In this document: piece after piece, positions 58,333-64,000 of the stretch | Layout: each line of letters begins with the position of its first letter | Numbering within the stretch: position 1 is the first letter of the stretch | Origin: Thermomicrobiales bacterium | GTDB lineage: Bacteria; Chloroflexota; Chloroflexia; Thermomicrobiales; UBA6265 | Assembly: GCA_965218235.1 (NCBI GenBank) | Contig: OZ244595.1 | Span: forward strand, 1,702,561-1,766,560 | Length of the DNA: 64,000 nt | Reading direction: 5' to 3' | The notes under the pieces: model-generated | What the model saw: only the letters and a program-made list of their open reading frames with translations | Database searches by the model: none | Told to the model about the DNA's origin: nothing | Translations under genes and position numbers: made by a program

Positions 58333-58462
58333 GCCGAAGACGCTCCACTGCTCACACGTTGCCTGGAACCAATATCGGGGATCCATTGTTCGTTGTGCTT
58401 CGGAACGTCTGACAATTGTGCATTGTCGCGGAGGACCGCGACAGAGAGGTTCCCCAAGACAG

Positions 58463-58927
58463 ATGAGTGATCGTACAGTTACCTGCCGCGACTGCGGCGA
58501 CGCGTTCGTGTTCACGGCCGGTGAGCAGGCCTTCTATACCGAGCGTGGCTTCTCGGAGCCTCAGCGCTGCCCGACCTGCCGGGCGGCACGCAAGTCCCAG
58601 CGCAACAGTGGTGACAGCTTCGGCACCGGCGGGGGTGGTGGCTCCTACGGCGGTGGCGGCTCCTACAGCGCTGGTGGTGGTTCCTACGGCGGGGGCGGTT
58701 ATTCCAGTGGCGGATCCGGGGGCGGATCGTACTCGTCCGGTGGAAGTAGCGCCGGCTACTCCAACGCTCCCCGTCAGATGTTCGCGGCGGTCTGCTCCGG
58801 TTGCGGCAAGGAGACGGAAGTCCCCTTCCAGCCCCGGATGGACCGTCCGGTTTACTGCCGTGACTGCTTCCAAGAGCGCCGGACCTCGGCCCCCCGTGGC
58901 GGCGGTGGCTACGGGAACAGCTACTAG
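58463..58927 (+). CDS. zinc-ribbon protein with Gly/Ser/Tyr-rich linker (N-terminal CxxC...CxxC and C-terminal CxxC-x17-CxxC)
   Basis: MSDRTVTCRDCGDAFVFTAGEQAFYTERGFSEPQRCPTCR ... (GGGSY)n ... CSGCGKETEVPFQPRMDRPVYCRDCF. Codon usage is typical of highly expressed genes (GGT/GGC, CGT). Confidence 0.8.
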   Translation: MSDRTVTCRDCGDAFVFTAGEQAFYTERGFSEPQRCPTCRAARKSQRNSGDSFGTGGGGGSYGGGGSYSAGGGSYGGGGYSSGGSGGGSYSSGGSSAGYSNAPRQMFAAVCSGCGKETEVPFQPRMDRPVYCRDCFQERRTSAPRGGGGYGNSY

Positions 58928-58949
58928 CGTTCAGACCGGCCAGTGACGA

Positions 58950-58995
58950 GCGACCTGCCCACGCGACGACCGCACGGGCAGGTCGCTTCCGTTTC
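58950..58995 (+). terminator. rho-independent terminator of the zinc-ribbon gene
   Basis: GCGACCTGCCC - 15 nt - GGGCAGGTCGC, followed by TTCCGTTTC. Confidence 0.6.
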
Positions 58996-59066
58996 ACCGT
59001 GCGAACGGCCGTAGACAATCGGCATCGGATAAACTCATCCCGACGATCGGAGCGCCTGGCGGGGTC

Positions 59067-59765
59067 ATGACCGGACGACCCCGCCAGGCGATTGCCAGAA
59101 TGGGACATGACGTGAGGGAAACGGTGGCGGAGACGGTCGCGGGCACCGAAGGAGCACGAATCCGGACGGGAGAGCGGATCGAGCTGCGGCGGCACGTTTC
59201 CGCCAACCTGGCCAGCTTCCAGCGCTGGTACGCCGACGCGGACATCGCCGGGATGCTCCGCCACGACCTCAGTCCGCTCAACGCCCAACAGTCACGGAGC
59301 TATTTCGAGACGCTCATCCTGCCACTGTCGGCACGGGGCTTCTGCTGGGCGATCGCCGATCGCAGGGACGGTCGGCTACTCGGAACGACTGCCCTGACCG
59401 AGGTGGTATCCCGGACACGGTCGGCGCTGTTCCGGATCGTGATCGGTGAGCGCGACACCTGGGGACAGGGTTTCGGGACCGAGGCAACCCGCCTGGTCTG
59501 CGAGGAAGCGTTCGCCGCGTTGAATCTCCTCCAGATTCGGCTCGAGGTCTTCGAGCACAATCATCGGGCAATAGCCACCTATGAGCGAGTCGGGTTCCAT
59601 CGAACTGGGTCACACGTCGAGTTCGTGCGCAACCGGAGCATCGATCTCCACATCCGGGAGATGGTGCTCGGGAAGGCGGATTACGACCGGCTTGGCGCGT
59701 TCGCGTCCCGGTTCCCGCCCTATCCGACTGGCAATGGAGCCGCTGATCAGCCCGATCGCCGCTGA
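59067..59765 (+). CDS. GNAT-family N-acetyltransferase (RimJ/RimL-like)
   Basis: IELRR ... FRIVIGERDTWGQGFGTEATRLVCEEAF ... LEVFEHNHRAIATYERVGF. Confidence 0.75.
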   Translation: MTGRPRQAIARMGHDVRETVAETVAGTEGARIRTGERIELRRHVSANLASFQRWYADADIAGMLRHDLSPLNAQQSRSYFETLILPLSARGFCWAIADRRDGRLLGTTALTEVVSRTRSALFRIVIGERDTWGQGFGTEATRLVCEEAFAALNLLQIRLEVFEHNHRAIATYERVGFHRTGSHVEFVRNRSIDLHIREMVLGKADYDRLGAFASRFPPYPTGNGAADQPDRR

Positions 59766-59869
59766 CGTCCCGAGTGCGCGTTCCCAAACCATCTGACTCA
59801 GGTCGAGAGGAGCTGGCCGTGAGCCTTGTCCCGTGGCCGATCTCGATCCTGGCCGATCGGAGACGGTCC

Positions 59870-61222
59870 ATGCCGCACCTTCGTACGGTCCTCTGTACGG
59901 TCCTCGTCCTGCTGATCGCGCTCGTGACCAGAGGGGTCTCTCAGCAGGCTCAAGCGCAGACGGTGCTGATTCCGGAGCAGACGATGGCCCGGGTGATTCA
60001 CGCCAGCCCCGACGCGCCGCCCCTCGACGTCTACATCGACGATCGGCTCCTGTCCGGCGCGATGTCCTTCGGGAACCTCTCCGGATACCTGCCGATCGAG
60101 ACCGGTGAGCATGAGCTGCAGGTCGTCCCGGCCGGCGGCGATCCGCTACGTCAGGCGCTGTTCACTGTCGAGCTCACGTTCGCGGACGACACGTTTCAGG
60201 TGCTCGCGATCCAGAACTACCTCAGCGGGATCACGCTGAGCGCCTATGAGCAGGACCTCTCCCGGATCGACGGTCAGGGCATCGCGAGAATTCGTCTGAT
60301 TCACCTGGTCCCCGACGCCAACGGACTTACCATGGCGCTGCCGAACGGGGACGCCTTGTTCGACAGTGTCGTTCCGATGACGGCGAGCCGATACAAGGAC
60401 ATCCTGGCGGGAAGCCAGTCGATCACGATCCGGCCCGAGCGACAGGAGATGGTCGCCGAGATCACCCAACCGCTCGCGCTCCTGCCGAACGCGAACTACG
60501 ACATCGTCGTCATCGGCCAGCTCCGCGACGATTCCATCCGTGTCCTCCCGCTCGCGGTCGCGACGGCTCAACCGTGTGGACAGTTCCTCGGCATCGGTGG
60601 GACCGCATCAGGCTGTCTACGGGTCGTGAATGCGTCTCCCGATATTCCGGTCATCGATGTCTACGCCGGAGACCTGGACCAACCGGTGGTCTCCGGGCTG
60701 ACCTTCGGCGTCGTCTCCCCGGTCATCAGTGTCCCGTCTGGCGATATCGATATCCGGATCGTCCCGGCGGGAGGCATAGCGGACAGTGAACTGGCGACGA
60801 CCTCGCTCTACCTGGAGAACGGCAACGGTACACTCTTGGTCGCGTCCGGACCAGCGGACCGGGCAGTCTTCGAGAACTACGACGATTCCGACCAGCCACT
60901 TGGAGGCGATCAGGTTCGCGTCTCGGTGGTCCATCAGGCAAATCACACCGGGATGCTTGATGTCACGGCCAACGGTGAGCCACTGGTCCAGGCGATCCTC
61001 GAGAGCGAGGAGAGTGACTCCCGGCTCGTCCCGGCCGGAACCTATGTGTTCGCGGCGACAACCAACCCCGACGGAGGACCCGTCACCGAGAGTCAGGCGA
61101 TCGGGCTCGTCGCCGGAATGTCGTACCAGATCATCGTCGCCGGCGACGCCGACGAAGGCATCGTCGCGGTGATTCCGGCCGGCCTGCCAGTACCGATCGA
61201 CACCGGGATCCCGGCCCCATAA
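59870..61222 (+). CDS. secreted DUF4397-like repeat protein (paralog 1)
   Basis: Signal peptide. Repeated modules RVIHASPDAPPLDVYID ... Y ... G ... V and LRVVNASPDIPVIDVYAG. ATG at 59870 follows GGAGACGG. Confidence 0.7.
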   Translation: MPHLRTVLCTVLVLLIALVTRGVSQQAQAQTVLIPEQTMARVIHASPDAPPLDVYIDDRLLSGAMSFGNLSGYLPIETGEHELQVVPAGGDPLRQALFTVELTFADDTFQVLAIQNYLSGITLSAYEQDLSRIDGQGIARIRLIHLVPDANGLTMALPNGDALFDSVVPMTASRYKDILAGSQSITIRPERQEMVAEITQPLALLPNANYDIVVIGQLRDDSIRVLPLAVATAQPCGQFLGIGGTASGCLRVVNASPDIPVIDVYAGDLDQPVVSGLTFGVVSPVISVPSGDIDIRIVPAGGIADSELATTSLYLENGNGTLLVASGPADRAVFENYDDSDQPLGGDQVRVSVVHQANHTGMLDVTANGEPLVQAILESEESDSRLVPAGTYVFAATTNPDGGPVTESQAIGLVAGMSYQIIVAGDADEGIVAVIPAGLPVPIDTGIPAP

Positions 61223-61354
61223 GCACCGCGGATCATGTTCGGAGCTCAGCCAGGCGAGTATCGTCTCGCCCCGATCGTGGAGACCAATCCGGGTATGCTC
61301 CGCTGGATGGCAAACTCTTGCCGTATGGAATCGCCATCCCGGAGGATCAGGACC

Positions 61355-62182
61355 ATGCGATCAGGAACACCGTTCAATCGGTACCGTTCAACGTTGAGCC
61401 TCGCTCTGATGACTCTGCTGCTCGCGATCTTGCTCATGCCTCGGATTGGCATGGCGGCGCAGGAAACGACCCCGCCCCCGGCCGGGACGCCAGCACCGGC
61501 GCGGTCATGCGGCGAGCGTCTCGGTATCGGTGATCCCAGCGTTGCCTGCCTGACCTTCATTCACGGCTCCAGCGACGCTGGCCCGGTTGACATCAGCATC
61601 GACGGCGCCGTGGTGTTCAGTGGCGTCGCGTTCGGGTCCAGTACCGGCTTCGTCGCGCTGCCGGCCGGTGCTTACGATGTCGTCGTCACCAGGTCTAGCC
61701 AGCCCGACGCCATCCTGATCGACCGTCCGGATCAGCAACTCAGCCAAGGGCAGGGAGTCGAGGTCGCGATCGTCGGTTTCCGCGAGAGCTCGACGCTCAC
61801 TGCGCTGACCCTTCCGATCGACCCGGCGACCCCGGTGCCGGGCACGGCATCGCTTCGCGTGGTCCAGGCGATCCCGGATGCGCCGCCACTCGACATCGGT
61901 CTCTCGGCGGGTGAGACGCTCATTCCTGACCTTGCCCCGCTGACGGCGTCCGGGTATCTGACGATTCCAGCCACGGCCGCCTCGATCGACGTCCGCGCCG
62001 CCGGCTCGCCCGATGTGCTCTTTCCCGTCCCGGATTTTACTGGCATCGACAGCGCGACGCTGACCGTCTATGCGCTCGGCAGCGTCACCAATCCGACCGG
62101 GATCGTCTTGCTGACGGTCCTCGTGCCCGTCGGCGAGAGCCAGTCGCCGGGAACGCTGGTCATGGCGACGCCCGCCGCGTGA
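61355..62182 (+). CDS. secreted DUF4397-like repeat protein (paralog 2)
   Basis: Signal peptide LSLALMTLLLAILLMPRIGMAAQE. Modules FIHGSSDAGPVDISIDG and LRVVQAIPDAPPLDIGL. ATG follows GGAGGA. Confidence 0.7.
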   Translation: MRSGTPFNRYRSTLSLALMTLLLAILLMPRIGMAAQETTPPPAGTPAPARSCGERLGIGDPSVACLTFIHGSSDAGPVDISIDGAVVFSGVAFGSSTGFVALPAGAYDVVVTRSSQPDAILIDRPDQQLSQGQGVEVAIVGFRESSTLTALTLPIDPATPVPGTASLRVVQAIPDAPPLDIGLSAGETLIPDLAPLTASGYLTIPATAASIDVRAAGSPDVLFPVPDFTGIDSATLTVYALGSVTNPTGIVLLTVLVPVGESQSPGTLVMATPAA

Positions 62183-62245
62183 CTTGGTACCGATCGAGTC
62201 CGAGCTAAGAGGGATGATGGCCGAATCACCAGGAGTATCGCGATC

Positions 62246-63064
62246 ATGCTTCGATCCATGGGGACGCGACAGGAGAAGACTCAGCGGGCAGGACTCGCCC
62301 TGGCCCTAACGGCGCTTCTCGTCACGGCGACGTTCGTCGACTCTGATCATACTCACGCCGGACAGCCGACCGGAGCGACGCCGGCGGGCACCCCGATCGC
62401 CACGCCGGGGAGCGATGCCGACACCCCGTGCTCGGTCATCCTCGGGATCGGCGACGAGGGCGACGCCTGCGCCGCGTTCGTCAACGCTGTGCTCGTCGGC
62501 GATGCGGTTGACTTCTCCGTTTCCGACGCACCCGACGCAACGGCAATCGGGGTCGAGGCGGGTGAGTACGTCGATTTCGTCTCCGTTCCGGCTGGCGACT
62601 CAACCTTCGACGTCACGGACACCGCCGGGACCGAGGTCGTCATCACTGAGGCGGCCCTCGATCTCGATGCTGACGTCGCCTATGTCATCGTCCTCGAGCA
62701 GGGGTACGACGAGAGCAGGCCCGCCCTCACCGCCGTCCCGCTCGACCTCGCGCCATTGAGCGCGGACAGGGCCAGGATCGCCGTCCACCATGCGGTGAGC
62801 GACGCGGACCAGCTGTCGTTCCTCGGCCTCGACGCCCCATCCGGCGCGGCGATCCCGCCGGGCGAGACGACCGACCCGATCGACCTGGCCAGCGGCGAGT
62901 ACGGGATCGACGTCGTACCAGGGAACGCGCCGGACCAGATCCTGGTGACCCTCGACGTCCAGCTCGAAGCCGAGCTCAGCTATCTCCTCATCATCGGCGG
63001 CTCGACCGGCGATCAGACGGTCACGGTGATCTACGCAGCCGCGCCGGTTGCGACACGGCCCTGA
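62246..63064 (+). CDS. secreted DUF4397-like repeat protein (paralog 3, divergent)
   Basis: Signal-like N-terminus. Shares the block C-x3-LGIGD-x4-AC with paralogs 1 and 2. Module IAVHHAVSDADQLSFLG. Confidence 0.6.
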   Translation: MLRSMGTRQEKTQRAGLALALTALLVTATFVDSDHTHAGQPTGATPAGTPIATPGSDADTPCSVILGIGDEGDACAAFVNAVLVGDAVDFSVSDAPDATAIGVEAGEYVDFVSVPAGDSTFDVTDTAGTEVVITEAALDLDADVAYVIVLEQGYDESRPALTAVPLDLAPLSADRARIAVHHAVSDADQLSFLGLDAPSGAAIPPGETTDPIDLASGEYGIDVVPGNAPDQILVTLDVQLEAELSYLLIIGGSTGDQTVTVIYAAAPVATRP

Positions 63065-63165
63065 TGGAGAGGCGGGCGGAGGAGCTGCGGTGGACACGCG
63101 AAAATAGCCCACGAGACGACGGTCCAGAGATGCCCTCGATTGGACTGTACTGAGTATCAGGTAGT

Positions 63166-63237
63166 GAATCAGACCGTAAACGGAACAGGGCCCTCGCTGG
63201 ATCCAGCGGGCACCCTGTTCCGTTTACGGTCTGATTC
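63166..63237. terminator. 25-bp perfect inverted repeat with nested palindrome (candidate bidirectional terminator or REP/MITE-like element)
   Basis: GAATCAGACCGTAAACGGAACAGGG - 22 nt containing CGCTGGATCCAGCG - CCCTGTTCCGTTTACGGTCTGATTC. It lies between convergent genes. Confidence 0.6.
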
Positions 63238-63241
63238 GGTG

Positions 63242-64000
63242 TCAGACAGCCTGAAGGAGATCAGCGGACACCCAGCCGCTAATGGACGAATCGTCGAGCG
63301 ACTGGACCGGCACCCAGGTGATGCCATCGGCGTCGACCGGCTCGCCGATCACGACGAACTGGGAACCGGCCGCCTCGACCGCAAGCACGACTTCAGCGTC
63401 GGCGGCTGGATCGGACCGGATGTTGACCCCGACGTCGGTGGTCGCGACCGTGGCGCCGATCGAGAAGTTCACGATCGCGCCGGTTCCGGCAGCCGAGGTG
63501 GGTTCGACCGCCGTCTCCGTCGGAGCATCGGTCGGTTCGGTTGGCGTTGCCGTCGCCGCGGCGCGTGGCGAGCGGCTGGTCGCGGGCAGGGGCGTCACGT
63601 TCGGGTCGGTCGTAACGGCGGGAACCGTGACGATGCTGATCGATCCGGCCCCCGAAACGGCCGGCGTTCCCTCGACGCCGGTCGAGGCACCAGAGTCGAC
63701 CGACTCCCCGCCCGTCAGCGTCATCCGCGTGAATCGGACCTCGCCGTCCGGCACGCTGATATCGCCATGCCCTTCCGGGAAGAACAGCCCGTCGCCCGAG
63801 ACGAGCGTATAGGCCGAACCAGGTCCGGAATCGCGTTGAGGTCCTGGCGAGACGGTGCGCGAGACCTGAACCCGCCCGGAGTCGGTCGTGATTTCTAGCC
63901 CGTTGGTGGTATTCGATAGCATCGTCACGTCCGGCGACGCCGCAAGGGGCTGGTCCGGCGTGATGGTCACGTCGTCGATCGTAAACCGCCCCGGACTGGC
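63242..64000 (-). CDS. secreted/surface hypothetical protein with C-terminal SH3b-like domain; 5' end beyond window
   Basis: The frame stays open upstream of the GTG at 63970 to the window edge. The C-terminus VNIRSDPAADAEVVLAVEAAGSQFVVIGEPVDADGITWVPVQ...GWVSADLL resembles a bacterial SH3 domain. Confidence 0.55.
   Translation of the reverse strand, partial: ASPGRFTIDDVTITPDQPLAASPDVTMLSNTTNGLEITTDSGRVQVSRTVSPGPQRDSGPGSAYTLVSGDGLFFPEGHGDISVPDGEVRFTRMTLTGGESVDSGASTGVEGTPAVSGAGSISIVTVPAVTTDPNVTPLPATSRSPRAAATATPTEPTDAPTETAVEPTSAAGTGAIVNFSIGATVATTDVGVNIRSDPAADAEVVLAVEAAGSQFVVIGEPVDADGITWVPVQSLDDSSISGWVSADLLQAV

Noticed and set aside
58115-58348. 77-aa minus-strand ORF in the sucC upstream spacer that would end about 60 nt before the 18-bp hairpin
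   Set aside because: GTG start without an SD, modest third-position GC and no recognisable features. It remains a weak possibility but is not supportable as a gene.
56619-58412. Plus-strand ORFs 56619..57503, 56684..58309 and 57660..58412
   Set aside because: They are mostly antisense to sucC and sucD. The parts extending into the 57953-58462 spacer have no coding signature.
58331-58462. In-frame N-terminal extension of the zinc-ribbon gene (MPKTLHCSHVAWNQ...)
   Set aside because: Third-position GC is about 45 percent, against clearly higher values in the downstream gene. The ATG at 58463 gives the canonical MSDRTVTCRDCG start, so I treat the extension as 5' UTR.
1-64000. CRISPR arrays, rRNA, tRNA and IS elements
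   Set aside because: I scanned the spacers for regularly spaced repeats, T-loop-like GGTTCGAATCC motifs and transposase-like ORFs. None were found. The only TTCGAA-type hits lie inside coding regions or in the (TCGAA)3 microsatellite.

Overview
High-GC (by eye about two-thirds G+C) bacterial chromosomal segment. It is densely packed with about 50 protein-coding genes on both strands. A taxonomic guess of a Chloroflexota/Thermomicrobia-like or actinobacterial lineage is inference only.

Recognisable housekeeping genes: alaS, ruvX, metG, metH, dxs, lon, sucC and sucD, cdd, a cold-shock protein, nagB, an ABC-F ATPase, a gamma-glutamyltransferase and an M24 peptidase.

Less ordinary content:
- Two tandem GT-C-like membrane proteins, one fused to a six-blade NHL propeller.
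- An HTH-M14 peptidase fusion next to an HExxH protein.
- Three tandem DUF4397-like secreted paralogs.
- Two orphan solute-binding proteins behind sucCD.
- A lone tyrosine recombinase.
- Several low-complexity secreted or acidic proteins.
- Two unusually large non-coding islands (about 28964-29811 and 57953-58462) that may encode structured RNAs.

I saw no rRNA, tRNA, CRISPR array, transposase or obvious defence island. Convergent gene pairs are separated by long perfect GC-rich hairpins, which I take to be terminators.

Start codons were chosen by eye from Shine-Dalgarno-like motifs and from remembered N-termini of homologs, so they are less certain than stop positions. Family assignments rest on motifs recognised by eye, not on searches. 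I did not identify a clear, complete novel system. The findings are leads, not demonstrations.
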